A stretch of 63,269 nucleotides of DNA, counting the filler, from Octopus bimaculoides (Eukaryota): NCBI RefSeq assembly GCF_001194135.2. It is 5 parts of 5 records of this genome, joined end to end, with 100 filler letters (N's around TTAATTAATTAA, not from the genome) between each part and the next. Parts side by side here need not be neighbours in the genome. Positions count along the whole stretch, not along the records: positions 1 to 18,294 come from NC_068987.1; 4 more parts are not named here. One strand, given 5' to 3'. The position numbers and the translations under genes are program-made. Shown here piece after piece: positions 1-13,250 of this stretch. Under the pieces are notes generated by a model. The model was not told the DNA's origin. It saw nothing but the letters and a program-made list of their open reading frames with translations, and made no database searches. Each line of letters begins with the position of its first letter. Position 1 is the first letter of the stretch.

Positions 1-491
1 ATATAAATAGATAGATAGAGAGATAGAGGGATATACACTTTGAAATAGGATTAAATATTTAAAAGAATTTATCAAGTAGTCGGCGTGAAAAACGTCATAA
101 GGGAAACATTTATTAATTATTTCCTTTAAATATATTTATTTATATATATTAAGAGCATTACTATACAAAAATGCCTCACGCTAGGAGGGACTCTTAAAGT
201 CAAAACTACAATAATAATTCCCTTAGTACAATACTACCATAATGATACCGTTAATAATGTACAGTAATGCCCTTAATATATATGTATATATATATAGATA
301 GATAGTACTTACCTTATGACTTCGTGGCTATCAGTTGTTTTCACTCTTACTTCTAACAATGCTGGTGCTAGCTAGTGCCTTTAGTAACGTATATGTATAT
401 ATATAATAGCGATTCAGTTGAATTAGTTACTTAAGTTGAAGTACCAGGTTAGTGCTTATTTCCGAACAACTCAAAGTAAGGTGAATAAAGC

Positions 492-1025
492 CAAAATAAG
501 CAACATGATATCACAAATATGATGCAGTACGGCTGTTTCAAGCGATTCCATTTAATTGAACAATGCAATCATTAACTCAATTTAAATGAAGAGCAATCCT
601 CAGTTGCATAAATAAATTGAATTTTTTAATCATTTTGAGGCATTAATATAATTTTACTCAAATTCTCTAAAACTCAAGAGGGAGGAGAAAGGCTATGTTG
701 TTACTAATGTGACTCAGAATATACTAGCATATTCTGTGTGACTCAGAATATACTAATGTGACACAGAATATACTAATGTGACACAGAATATACTAGTATA
801 TCCTAAGTCACATTAGTAACAACATGGACTTACTCCCACTTCCTGCTCTGTTAGAGAATTTGAGTAAAATATGTTAATGTTCAACTGATTAAAAATTTTT
901 ATTTATTTATGCAGCTGAAGATAGCCCAGCATTTAACTTGATATAATGATTGCATTGTTCAATAAAATGGAGTCGCTTGAGGCGGTCGTACTGCATCACC
1001 CCTTGATATCCTGTTGCTTATTTTG
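492..1025. mobile_element. Fold-back MITE-like element (about 534 bp imperfect palindrome) with central 20-bp tandem repeat
   Basis: Left end CAAAATAAGCAACATGATATCA..TGATGCAGTACGGCTGTTTCAAGCGATTCCATT is the reverse complement of the right end; arms stay complementary inwards; centre has about 4 copies of AATGTGACACAGAATATACT. No clear TSD. Confidence 0.8.
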
Positions 1026-1091
1026 ATTATATATACATGTTTGTGTCTATATCTATGTTTGTCTGTCTGTCTATCTCTCTCTCTCTCTTTT

Positions 1092-1165
<74 letters not shown>

Positions 1166-1593
1166 ACATAAATACGGAACAGTGAAAATGAATGCTCAAC
1201 ACCGCTTTGGTGGTTAAATATTCTTTATTCGAGGCATGACAAAGTATAATGCAGGTGTATATGTGTGTATATATATATGTAAATATTTATGTATGCATGT
1301 ATAAATTGATGAAATAATTAATCAATCCATGGGTATGCAATTTCTTGCAAGATCCCTGGACTAATGCAATGGACACAGTAATTAAGATTTACCTCCCATA
1401 CCGTATTTATCTATTTTGCTATTCCGAGATCCTGTATAGTCTCGTAAAACGTCGTGTATGGTGTTTCAAAGTGAAGACGACTAACAACGTATTTCTGTGG
1501 CAGGCTTGATAGTCATTAAGAAATTCATCCCGCCATGAAACTACAAATTAATTTAACCAGAAGCATATACATATCTACATATGGCTTGGCTAC

Positions 1594-1635
1594 TCTGCAT
1601 TGACAAGGGGCAACACCCTGAAACTAGTCTGCAGA
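1594..1635 (+). ncRNA. Degenerate minimal type I hammerhead ribozyme motif in an interspersed repeat
   Basis: Stem I TCTGCA/TGCAGA, core TTGACAA (2 changes from CTGANGA), stem II GGGG-caaca-CCCT, GAAA, palindromic stem III ACTAGT, GTC cleavage triplet. Confidence 0.6.
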
Positions 1636-3089
1636 TGCCAAACCAGCAGGGGGACACTGCTGACCTCCCCTGTTCGAAGGTTATAAAGGACACAGGTTTC
1701 GTGTGTCACATAGCTAGCTAGAGGCGATGGCTTCTTGGAGCTAATTCACGGCAGCTTTCGTCCTAATTTTGGGACTGCCATGTTGGCTTGGCGATAACTA
1801 TTAATTTCCAGTACCGCTGCCGTAGTCTCCTTTAGAGAGACATAGAAATATTAATAACTCTCTCTCTCTCTCTCTCTCTCTATNNNNNNNNNNNNNNNNN
1901 NNNNNNNNNNNNNNNNNNNNNNNNNNNNNNNNNNNNNNNNNNNNNNNNNNNNNNNNNNNNNNNNNNNNNNNNNNNNNNNNNNNNNNNNNNNNNNNNNNNN
2001 NNNNNNNNNNNNNNNNNNNNNNNNNNNNNNNNNNNNNNNNNNNNNNNNNNNNNNNNNNNNNNNNNNNNNNNNNNNNNNNNNNNNNNNNNNNNNNNNNNNN
2101 NNNNNNNNNNNNNNNNNNNNNNNNNNNNNNNNNNNNNNNNNNNNNNNATATATATATATATATACATGTGGGGAGGGGACGTCACGATACGTGCACAAGA
2201 GAAAATAAAAAGTACGAGTACCTGAAATATGAACTATATGAACTATTTTTTCGAACAATGAAAGACAGAAATGGAAAACAAGACAAAACAACACAAAGAA
2301 CGCCCCTTCATCAGTTGTTGCCTGGGAGATATATTCACGTCCATACCTTTTTTCTTACAAACGTTTCCTACAGTATATATAACAATGACTAACATATGTT
2401 ACAATTGCAGAAACTTCACATTGCTCCGTATGAAATCATGTATCCTAGTCGTTGCAATTTCAGCAAAGGTCCGTCACTCACGTGAACTAATTCAAGCAAG
2501 CTTCCTGCGTATGAATATAAATGGGGAAGGATATATGAAACAGGAAATGCATTACATATTCCTGGACAATCAACTTTTCTCGGATACTAATAACAAAGTT
2601 TTAGATCTAATTCTTAAAACTCCTGCAAAACAGATTCATAAAAGAAGGAAATATCAGGAGATAAGTGAATTGCATCGAGCTATACTGGATGACACTCAGT
2701 TGGTAGGAACATGTATAATTGTGCGTAAGAATGCATGTAACTGCTGGGAAAGACTAGACATATTGTTAAATTTTTCATTGGAATTCAAGCAAAGTATTTT
2801 AAAATATGTAAGAGAAACACTTAAGAAACAAACATATATTCTTATAACCACTTTCTCTGTCAGAGTTAAACTTGTTTAGTAAGTTTAAAACAAGATGCAA
2901 CTGTTTTCAATTTATTCTGCATTAATCATTAAACAGGATTCTCGTTAGATAAAGGGAACTTAGAAGCGTGTTTACAAGGTAGCTACAAAGTGTTGACAGG
3001 GTGTCTACAGGACAGAGAAAACCAGTGTTGTATGTGTTTTACCAATTGCATAGGGTTGCACATGCGATACTTTCCTCATCGCTCTCACC

Positions 3090-3790
3090 AAGTCTATAAA
3101 TATGCTCAACATTTCATCCGTCGCATGTAGGCTTCTCGTTACAATCAAAGGGACAGGATTAGAGTGTACAAGGGAGTAAGTACAAAGCCATCATAGAGAG
3201 TGATGCTAAGGGGTTCTGCCCGTTTACAGGAGCAAATCCTGGAACAGCACAGAAAGGACCAGTAATAAGATAGATAAGGCCAACACTTCATACGACAACA
3301 AAAAATACCAGAGTGTCATGCTCGTCGATGCTACCCCTGCCGGTGAACTAGCACACCATTAAAAAAAAAACATTAAGTAAGGCTAATCTACGAATTAAAG
3401 TAGTAAATAGTCCTGGTGCCCCATTAAAATCCCTGATCTGTAATACCTATCCCTTTGATACGTCCCTTTGTACAGAGTAAAATTGTATTGTATGTAGAAT
3501 GAACCTACAGTTAAGTGTAAGGTTAAGAATGTATTGTATAGCTTACGATGTGCTAAGGGATGGTTCGGAAATATGACAGCTACCTACATTGGAGATACTG
3601 CACGCAACATAGGAGAACGTATAGGTGACCTTTGGTGGGAGCTAAAAGAATGGAAAAGCTCGTCAGTGCTCAACCAACATGCTCAGGAGGCTCGATTAAT
3701 AGCGTAGAAGTTACAGTTTTATCGACACATAGAACTGACACGACACTTAGACAGATAGACACATAAAGTAGACTGACCGAGCCTCAATAG
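3090..3790 (+). mobile_element. Decayed Penelope-like element (Naiad/Neptune-type): RT thumb, Cys-rich linker, GIY-YIG endonuclease
   Basis: Manual translation: LPVYRSKSW..ER..K, SVMLVDATPAGELA, YPF...C...CIVC, KNVLYSLRC...ATYIGDTARNIGERI; stops and frameshifts present. Confidence 0.75.
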
Positions 3791-4521
3791 AAAACACGAA
3801 TGCAACAGTGACACCCACCACCACACCACATGTCTAAAGATAGTAAGGACGGGAAGATGGGAGGAAATAATTCGTAAATAATACATAGAAATATATAGGG
3901 TAATACATATTCAATAGACATATATGCACTTACCTGTGATACTTATGAGAGATAGAGGCAGATGTATAAACTAATTAAACAAATAAATATATAAACATAT
4001 TTATTACATACCGTTGATAAATATAAGATATAGAGATAGATAAAATAAATAAATAAATCTATATAAAGGGCACAGCTTTACGCAATTTTCCTCTCTCTCT
4101 GTTTTTTCGTTCTCTATTCACTTTTTNNNNNNNNNNNNNNNNNNNNNNNNNNNNNNNNNNNNNNNNNNNNNNNNNNNNNNNNNNNNNNNNNNNNNNNNNN
4201 NNNNNNNNNNNNNNNNNNNNNNNNNNNNNNNNNNNNNNNNNNNNNNNNNNNNNNNNNNNNNNNNNNNNNNNNNNNNNNNNNNNNNNNNNNNNNNNNNNNN
4301 NNNNNNNNNNNNNNNNNNNNNNNNNNNNNNNNNNNNNNNNNNNNNNNNNNNNNNNNNNNNNNNNNNNNNNNNNNNNNNNNNNNNNNNNNNNNNNNNNNNN
4401 NNNNNNNNNNNNNNNNNNNNNNNNNNNNNNNNNNNNNNNNNNNNNNNNNNNNNNNNNNNNNNNNNNNNNNNNNNNNNNNNNNNNNNNNNNNNNNNNNNNN
4501 NNNNNNNNNNNNNNNNNNNNN

Positions 4522-4568
<47 letters not shown>

Positions 4569-4660
4569 TTGTGTGTGTATGTGTGAGTGTGTGTTTGTGT
4601 GTGTGTATGTGTGTGTGTGTGTGTTCGTGTGTGTGTGTGTGCAAAAGTAAGTGTTGTTAC

Positions 4661-5250
4661 TAGACCAGTTGGTTACCGACACAATATCCGTGTCAAATAT
4701 ATTGCAAGTAAAGGAGCGAATAACTCCAGTCTAGTTGGCGACAGGACCAGCAGATCAGCCGGTTTCAAGGTTTCACGCTTCCTCAGTACTGGTGCATCTG
4801 TCAGCTAGAAATAGCAGCCGTTCGTTCCAGTTTGCAATATATAAATAAATAAGCGATACACAACCGCTGATTTTGCAACATGCAAAGTTGCTAGTTCTAA
4901 ATTCACTATAGGACGTACATGTAGTAACTCTACCAAAACGTAACGGTTATTACAAACCTCAAAGTGGTTGTTCTGCATAGAACAATGTTACTACACTTTT
5001 TAATCCCAGGAGGACACCTACTGCAGCTGGTTAACAACATGGTATATGTGTCCGATATATTGCAAACAAAGGAGTGAACGACTCTCATTTTGTGGTGACA
5101 GGACCAGTAGACCAGCTGGTGCAAAATGGGACAAACGTCCGCCATTTCTAGCAGACAAATGTAGCAGTACTGAGGAAGGGTGAAACCCTGAAGCCAACTG
5201 GTCTACTGGTCTTGTCACCACTATATATTTTGTTGTTAACCACCTGGTGG
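4661..5250. repeat. Complex repeat: two ~100-bp direct copies plus an inverted, internally deleted third copy
   Basis: 4661-4760 resembles 5022-5125 (ATATATTGCAA..AAAGGAG..GACAGGACCAG); 5197-5247 is the reverse complement of the ends of 5025-5118. Confidence 0.6.
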
Positions 5251-5769
5251 AGATGTCTTTCTGGGGTTCAAGAGGATAGTAACGTTGTTCTGTGCAGAAC
5301 AATCACATTCATGTCGTGACAACAATTACTTTTCAGTAAAGTTACTACTTGCATCTCCTATAGAGACTTTAGAACTAGCATCTTTGCTTGTTACATATGT
5401 ATGTGTATGTCTATATATATATATATATATNNNNNNNNNNNNNNNNNNNNNNNNNNNNNNNNNNNNNNNNNNNNNNNNNNNNNNNNNNNNNNNNNNNNNA
5501 TATATACACATATGTGTTTGAAGAGAAAATCGAAAGCGATCACACTCTATAAAGAAACTTCTTCCGATAGTTTAGTGACGTTCTGATAAAGATTTTAGAC
5601 CCTTTTCCTTTTAAATTATTTTTTTTTCAATTAAAAATCGTTTTTATATTTGGAAAAAGTTTATCAATTTTCACTGAGACATTTAAATACATACATGTAC
5701 ACACACGCACTCACACATGCATTCACACACAAACACACTTTCGGGCTTGCATCAGTTACACAGACAGTC

Positions 5770-6600
5770 ATATTTACAAGCTAAGCCAACGACACAAAAG
5801 TAGTAAAAACAGTCAAGGAACTTCTCGATGCTAATCTTCCAAGGAAAGACCTAGCTGCCATGTATAAATACGCCGAAGAAAACAACATGCAATTTGATGC
5901 AGATAAATTGCGATCCCTCTGCTATCAGCCTAGTTAGCGCTAAGATGCCGCAACAAAAATACTTTGGTCTAAAAGACATGCAACCTTGGAATCATCTTCA
6001 GTGCGTGTCCTGGGATCTGATGTGAGCAAAAACGTCTCATTTCATGTACACATTACCAAGATGATGACAATGTGCAGAAAATGTCCGGATCAATTCTGAT
6101 AACTTTCAGAAAAAGTGACCACGAAAATATGCTAGTTCTGCGAAGAATATTTCTCCTCGGGTATCTGGACTACTGTTATCAACTGCTGTCACACTACAGT
6201 TTCAAATTAAATTGTGAGGTTTGGGGCAGCTCAGCCGTGCTGTACTAAGGATAATTGAATCAACGAATCAACTGAGCCACTGGGAGAGACTGAATGAGTT
6301 ACGAATCTGTCCCTAAGTGAGAAAACGGAAGAAATCTGTAGTGATAAGGATTTGGAAGGTCTAGAGCGTTTGACCCCCAAACTTTGACGTCATGACCGCA
6401 CGTCACTACACTGTTCTAAAGGTCCCTACCATCGTGTCTAACGGGGTGGGGACATGTACTGCAATAGCCTGGGATTAAATGTCTTATCTCATCAAAATAT
6501 TTAAAAGATCTACATGGAAAAGTGGTAGATGTTATCAAAAAACAAATTGATCTCCTGCTGGTGAAGTTCTAAGATCAACCCATCAAAAACAAACAAAAAA
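5770..6600 (+). mobile_element. Degenerate CR1-clade LINE, C-terminal RT region
   Basis: ANDTKVVKTVKE (YADDTK-like), DLAAMYKYAEENNMQFDADK, SVRVLG..MSK..SFHVHI, LDYC.QL, ending in a DQP motif; many stops and frameshifts. Confidence 0.75.
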
Positions 6601-8557
6601 AAAGAAAGAAAAAATGAAAGGATGGCAGCAATATCGAATACTCGCGTTCACCAACTACCACTAAAAAAAATAAAAGAGTGGCCATCAAAAATGTGATGAT
6701 ACTGGCGGTGCCTCAACGTTGCCACAACCTTTGGGCTGAAACACAAAGCAATATATGTACGTATGTATGTGTGTATGTATGTATGCATGTATGTATGTAT
6801 ATATGTATGGGTGTGTGTTTGTGTGTGTCATTGTGTGTGAGAATGTGCGTGTGTGTGGGGGAGTGTTGGGTATGTGTATGCATAGGAACGTAAGTTTAGA
6901 AGTATTTTGACTAATTGAGTTTAGCATAACTATGTATTGATTAATTTACATTAGCCCCAATGATTCAGAGCCAGATACTGATTTGAAGGAATTGTAGCCA
7001 TGCATTACAGTATTGATTACATAATAATATTTATCTGTCAGAGCTGTCAACTGATGAGTTCATTAATTACCTCTAGTTAATTTGTCATTTGTTCCGCTCA
7101 GTGTCTTGCATTTTGAAACCGGTGTGACAGATATTGGCAAAGAGTATTTCTTATGGTTGCCACGCTGGAGAAGTAAAACACGGTGAAAATACCTTGCGAA
7201 ATGACGAGCTTGTCCTGTACAATTAAAGGCTGCTCTTGCGTAAGACATAATACCTATCCAGCCACCTTCTCACATCGAAGTCATGGGACTGCAGCACGGT
7301 GGATTGTTGAAAGGTAGTGGAAGAGCTCAAATAAGTTAACGGTAATTCTTACGTTGATACTGAACTGAGCTATCCTAGATCAATAGTGAGGATTACTAAG
7401 CACTATGAAGAGAGTAACTCCAACTAATTCAACGGGTTAGTGACCTTAGTTGTGTAACTGGTTAATGAAAGATGCATTGTGACTCAAGCTTCCATTTCAA
7501 ATTTACAATAAATATGGATGGTGACAGAGAGCCACGGGAAAGCAGCGAGACCGGATATATATNNNNNNNNNNNNNNNNNNNNNNNNNNNNNNNNNNNNNN
7601 NNNNNNNNNNNNNNNNNNNNNNNNNNNNNNNNNNNNNNNNNNNNNNNNNNNNNNNNNNNNNNNNNNNNNNNNATATATATATATATATATGCATACACAT
7701 ATGGGTGTGTGTATATGTGTGACATGGAAAGATATTGAGTAAGTTCGTCGTAGTGCGATTGCTTCATTGGAAGAAATATAATCTACTAGTGTTCAAAAGT
7801 TTCTTATCATTACTATTAAAATTAATATTTATCTGTGGTGATTGTGAAACTTCTGACTTAATTCTGCACCTAACTAAATTGATTCTGTATCTATATTGCT
7901 ATTTAATATTTCCTTCTAAAGCATAAAATAGATGGAAAACAAAAAGTAGAGGCATACATACACATGTACATTTTACTTACAGAAACTCACCGAAATGTAT
8001 GCACAACAACAGACTCACGAGCACTCCATCACACGCAGACGATCCACTCAGCTTCTATGTATAATTCGGTGTATTATTTATGCATTCTTCAATTTCCGGT
8101 GTGAGTTAATCTCCTCCTTATCGCTGGGACCTGAGTCTAACTTTCGTTGCTGTATAATATTATAAAGTTAATTTATTGATAAGCAGCAACAAACATACAC
8201 AAGCACAAAGACACAGACATATTCACACACACACACACAACCACACACACGCCCCCCCCCCCNNNNNNNNNNCAAACGCACGCGCGCGCGTACATGCTGA
8301 CGCATGTACACATATTCGAGCGCGAACATATCTTGATATATTCATGTTCCAACAGTTTTGAAAATTACAAGTAGAATAATATCAAGCACTGACACATAAT
8401 TCAAGTGGTAGTAAGCTACGACTTGCCCGTTGATTACATACATACATACATACATACAAGCATACATATGTACATGTCTATATGTACACACATATACATT
8501 CACACGTACACATACGTACACACATATATACATACATACACACACATGTATATATGT

Positions 8558-8598
<41 letters not shown>

Positions 8599-8621
<23 letters not shown>

Positions 8622-9040
8622 TGCATATACGATTGCGTTCCCAACGGTGAATTTAATCATCAGATAGCTAAATGAAAAAAGTTTAGAACGATTCGTTTCA
8701 AAATATTTAGACTTAATTAAGTAGAGAATATTAATAATTAGACAGCTCTCTCTCTCATTGACTCACTCTCCCTCTCTCTCTCTCCCTCTCGCCCTGTCTC
8801 ACTCTCTCNNNNNNNNNNGTGTGTGTGTGTGTGTGTGTGTGTGTATTGCATATACGATTGCGTTCCCAACGGTGAATTTAATCATCAGATAGCTAAATGA
8901 AAAAAGTTTAGAACGATTCGTTTCAAAATATTTAGACTTAATTAAGTAGAGAATATTAATAATTAGACAGCTCTCTCTCTCATTGACTCACTCTCCCTCT
9001 CTCTCTCTCCCTCTCGCCCTGTCTCACTCTCTCTCTCTCA
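8599..9040. other. Identical ~200-bp duplication on either side of a 10-N gap (probable unmerged contig overlap)
   Basis: GTATTGCATATACGATTGCGTTCCC...CTCACTCTCTC occurs at 8599-8808 and again from about 8845, bounded by microsatellites and a gap. Confidence 0.8.
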
Positions 9041-10342
9041 CTCTCTCTCTCCTCATGTTGAGATAAAGAGAAAAGAAACAACGCTAATATGCATTTAGAC
9101 CATCGTTTGACATTTCAAAATTGATTAATCATGATAAACTATTTTCTTTTACTTTCGATGCAATGACTTCTACAATGCTTTCGCTCAGTGCATGGACTTG
9201 CCATCTGTTGGCAGATGATATAACATAACAATAAGACTCCGAATAAACCAAGTATATGGTTAGTAACATGCAGTGTAGTGTCGATATTTCTAAGAGTTGT
9301 ACTATTTGCTTTCTACAGTCTATTCTATTACGTCTGATATGGCCACAGTAAATGTATTTGAATGTAATCCATTGTTTGGACTACCATACAGTTTCCAAAC
9401 AATTAGTGGTGTGAATACCATCATAGCTGTTAGGCCTCGTAATACCTATCTGATCTACACATAACGAAAGGATCGAGAGTTGTGTGTTTACATCAATAGA
9501 CAAATTTCAATGGCCGTAACAAGTCTGGAGCGTTTACATCTGGAGTCAAAATATAAAACAGCGGGCGAAATTATCACTTAACAATATTCGGCGTATAATT
9601 CGATATAAGTATCAGAACATTGAAGATACAACGGCATACGCTTTATCAATTTGTACACAAACTATCACTTACGTGTAGGAGTTTCAAACCTGTTTAATTA
9701 TAAATGTAATTGAGCTACTATGTTCTATGAAGAGACAAAAACAAAAGAAATAATTTTAAAAAAACATCTCATTAGTTTCCTCTAGACTGTAATTACATTT
9801 ATTTTCAATATTAATGTAATGTGTCTCTCCGTAATATATCGAATTGATAAAGTTCCCGGTTAAGGCATACTGAAGATTCATAAAATAGACGAAAGACAAT
9901 TATCACTATCTAGTATTTGTTGAGAGTTTGACCATAGAGAGAAAAAATGTGTAAATGTGAGCTGTTTATAGGCTCTTCGTATTGTTTGGATTTAAATTGA
10001 AATTGACTATTCCGGTTCACGCTGTGTGGATGTTGTTACCTTCCTTTGAATTAACGACCATCCGGAGAACACCACGCATAATTAAAGATATTGAGTCATA
10101 TGCGAATGAACAATATTTCACCCGTGAGAAAAAAAGACAAAGAAAACAAACAAATCATAAAAAAATCTTAAGAAAGGAAATCTTGGGTAATTTAGTCATG
10201 AACACCTTTTCGGAAGGAACTTTTGTTATATGTATGATGAATCAGGGCTGACATTGGGCTATTTACGCCAATGTATGGTAGCGTGTTATCTGTTGGTGTT
10301 CTGCAAAATTCACAATAGTCTTCAACAATTACAGTTTGTATA

Positions 10343-10565
10343 TACGTGGCCTGATCAACAAGTATCCGGACTGCAGCCAAGCTAAAGCATGCGCACTAAG
10401 TTTAACGTACTAGCTCACTTCCGCTATTTGCAGCAGTGCTTGGAAGGAAGATGTGTAGCGTGTGATCGTCGCATTGAACATGACAGAAAGTGGAGAAGAG
10501 AATCTGAATTAAATCTTGCCAAAAGCTTAGCGATAACTGCTCAAATGCCTACGCAAATATTTCAA
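10343..10565 (+). mobile_element. Mariner transposon 5' end (TA + TIR + decayed transposase N-terminus)
   Basis: TA-CGTGGCCTGATCAACAAGTATCCGGACT resembles mariner TIRs; downstream EKRI*IKSCQKLSDNCSNAY matches the EQRxxIKFCxxLG start of mariner transposases. Confidence 0.65.
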
Positions 10566-10569
10566 ATTT

Positions 10570-11473
10570 TTTTAATCTTTCGCGACACAATCAAGAACTG
10601 TAATGGAACTGTAATGGAAAAAGAAAAAGACAATCAGCTGGCATTCCTGGACGTATTAATAACACGCACCAAGTATGGATTCAGGACATCCGTATACCGC
10701 AAACCAACCTTCACTGGACGATATCTTAGCTTCAACTCCCACTATCTATACAGTGTAAAGGGAGGGATTGCTCAGTGCCTAAAACATCGAGCAATGAATA
10801 TAAATTGCGATCGTGATACCCACTACGAAGAAATGATCAAGCCCAGTAACAATCTATTAAGCAATAACTACCCCAAAAGCATACTCTCCGCTCCAATTAT
10901 GATGAAAAGAGAAGATGAAACCGATAAACTGTCCACACACTGTCTACCCTATGGGAAAGGCCTCTCCGAAAAGATACAAAAGATATGCGGCCCATATGAC
11001 ATCAGGACGATATTCAAGAGTAATACAACACTTCGCAAATATGTCCTTGGAGTACAACCACCAATAGAAGAGAACATGGCTTAGAATTGCGTGTACTCTA
11101 TCCCATGCAGCTGTAGTAGGTTATACAAAGCGAAACATTTCGCCCCCTCAAAATAAGGGTAGAGGAACATCGCAAAGCTCTGACACAGGGAGATATTGAT
11201 AAATCGGTTATAGCTGATCATGTATGGAATAATGGAGATCACCTCCCCATGTGAGATGAAGTTAAAATAATAGACAGAGAACACCACTGGAAAATACGAA
11301 AACTAAAAGAAGCAGCACGTATGCTAGGAGCTAACAACCTCCTAAGCAGACCGAGTGCTGATATGAACAGCCTATGGGAACCGGTATCAAGGAAGGATAG
11401 GAGACAAGATGAGGACAAATATCCGTCAATTGTAAATAATTTACATAATTTCTCATCTCTTAAATATAGAACT
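10570..11473 (+). mobile_element. Penelope/Poseidon-type retroelement, 5'-truncated (RT C-terminus + GIY-YIG), 3' UTR internally deleted
   Basis: MEKEKDNQLAFLDVLI, SVYRKPTFTGRYLSFNSH, NCVYSIPCSC..LYK, EEHRK, ADHVW, RKLKEA; tail ACAAGATGAGGACAAATATCCGTCAA...TTAAATATAGAACT is shared with the 21 kb and 47 kb copies. Confidence 0.92.
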
Positions 11474-11850
11474 ATGATGTGTTTTGTTCTTTAAAGAATA
11501 ATGACCGAGACTTAAGCTATAATTAAAGATAAAATAATTGAAATTTGGTTCATGAGGAAAAAAGTTATATCAAAATGTGAAGTCAAATATGAGAGAGTAA
11601 GGCGAAAAATTGATCTGAATCAAAAGATCTCAATTATTCTAAAATGAAATTATAGATTAACTGGGTTGTAAAGAATGTGCCCATTAAGAATAATCCTTTG
11701 GTGAAAATTTCGTAAAAAAATATTATTAGCTTCAAAATGGTAGTGTAGCATAGAGTGAGGGGAAAATCGGTAATCCCTAAATTTGACTTTGAATCCAATT
11801 TTTCATCTATTACAAAAAAAAAAAAAAAAAATCTATATGACTTGAATGAA

Positions 11851-12740
11851 AAATGCGGCCACAGAATGCTTGAATATTCTTAAGAATTAAACCTGGAGAA
11901 GTATAGAACAAGGAGTAATTAACCCTAGAAAAGTAAAGGACGAAAAAAGAAAGCGTAAATTATTGCTTCTGAAGTTAGATTTGGAAACTAAAATAGTAAT
12001 AAATGCCCTTTTGTCTTTTTTCTTTACCTAAAAGTTTAAAATAGTTTACACAATAGTTTCAATGTTAGTGAAAAGCTAATATCACAAATTTAGTGCTTTA
12101 TATATTTAAAAAAATATTAATAGCAATTTAAGCAAAATTGACAAGTTATCATAAACACCAAGATTCTTTTTAAAGTTAGAGTCATTTCTACATTTTGTAC
12201 TCAATTTATTCATTAGGTTTAAATATATTCTTCTGTCTGAATATAGAAAATATTTTATCTGATAATATAAACTTTGAAGAAATTAATTCTTTTTTTTTTC
12301 TTAGAAAAAACTTTATGTTACTGCTTTTTATTCTTCTCTATTACATATGTTCTTCATGTGTTTTAATTTAATATCACAATATCTGTAGTGTAAAATTTGG
12401 GGATAATGAGTTTTGTAAAGAAAAGAAAATTAAAGAATAAGGTAAAACTAAAATTCAAACAAATGTTTTAGTTTAATACAAAAGAAACTATTAAATTAAA
12501 CATATTAATTCAAATTTAAGAAATTTGCAATAAAAGCCAAAAAATATAAACGAAAACTGCACACTCTGTTTGATGAACAATATCAGAAATTTAAATTTAT
12601 TCAGCAAATTCACACTTCAGCAGCAATGTTTTTAAAGTTTTTTTTCTAGTCCTGTACTTTTCCAGGTTTAATTACTGCTTGTACTCTACTTCTCCTTGTT
12701 CAATATTGAAGTATATTCAAGCACTCTGCTTCCACATTTT
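11851..12740. repeat. Old ~135-bp inverted repeat pair (11851-11983 and 12606-12740)
   Basis: AAATGCGGCCACAGAATGCTTGAATAT..GGAGAAGTA..AGTAATTAA..ATTGCTTCTGAAGT aligns by eye, at roughly 70% identity, to the reverse complement of 12606-12740. Confidence 0.6.
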
Positions 12741-12914
12741 ACATTCTTGTAAACAAATTGGTAGCCTGTTTCTCTGGGATTGGTCAAATTGAGATAGACG
12801 CCACAGATGAGAATCTATTAAGATTCGAAAATCGATTAAGGTTGTTCATCATTTTATCAGTCTACGGAGAAGTAGTTAAATTAGCCTTGTTTATAAAATC
12901 TATTATATAGGTTA

Positions 12915-13156
12915 CATACATACATACGTGCATACATACATACATACATACATACATACATACATACATACTCATATACATACATACATATATACACACA
13001 CACATACATACATACATACATACATACTCATATGCATACATACATATATACACACATACATACATACATGTATGTGTGTGTGTGTTAGAGTGAGAGAGAG
13101 AAAGATAGAGAGAGAGATAGAGAGAGAAAGAGAAAGATATATATATATATATATAT

Positions 13157-13196
<40 letters not shown>

Positions 13197-13250
13197 TGTG
13201 TGTGTGTGTGTGCGTGCGTGCGTGCGTGTGTGTGCGTGTGTGTGTGTGTG
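12915..13250. repeat. Compound microsatellite (CATA)n/(GA)n/(GT)n
   Basis: Directly visible. Confidence 0.95.

Noticed and set aside
706-795. CRISPR-like array (also considered for 40944-41235)
   Set aside because: Units are directly adjacent with no unique spacers, the context is eukaryotic, and there are no cas genes.
2271-2879. 202-aa ORF upstream of the PLE fragment
   Set aside because: No recognisable motif or splice signals; cannot be linked to the PLE.
8599-9040. Recent tandem duplication
   Set aside because: Identical copies abut a 10-N gap and microsatellites, typical of an unmerged overlap.
9868-9930. CTGAAGA...GACGAAA hammerhead-like string (similar weak strings at about 39085-39125 minus and 63135-63170 minus)
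   Set aside because: Stems I and II do not pair properly or core bases are missing.
10389-11084. 231-aa ORF as a single gene
   Set aside because: It is a chance fusion of out-of-frame mariner sequence and Penelope RT.
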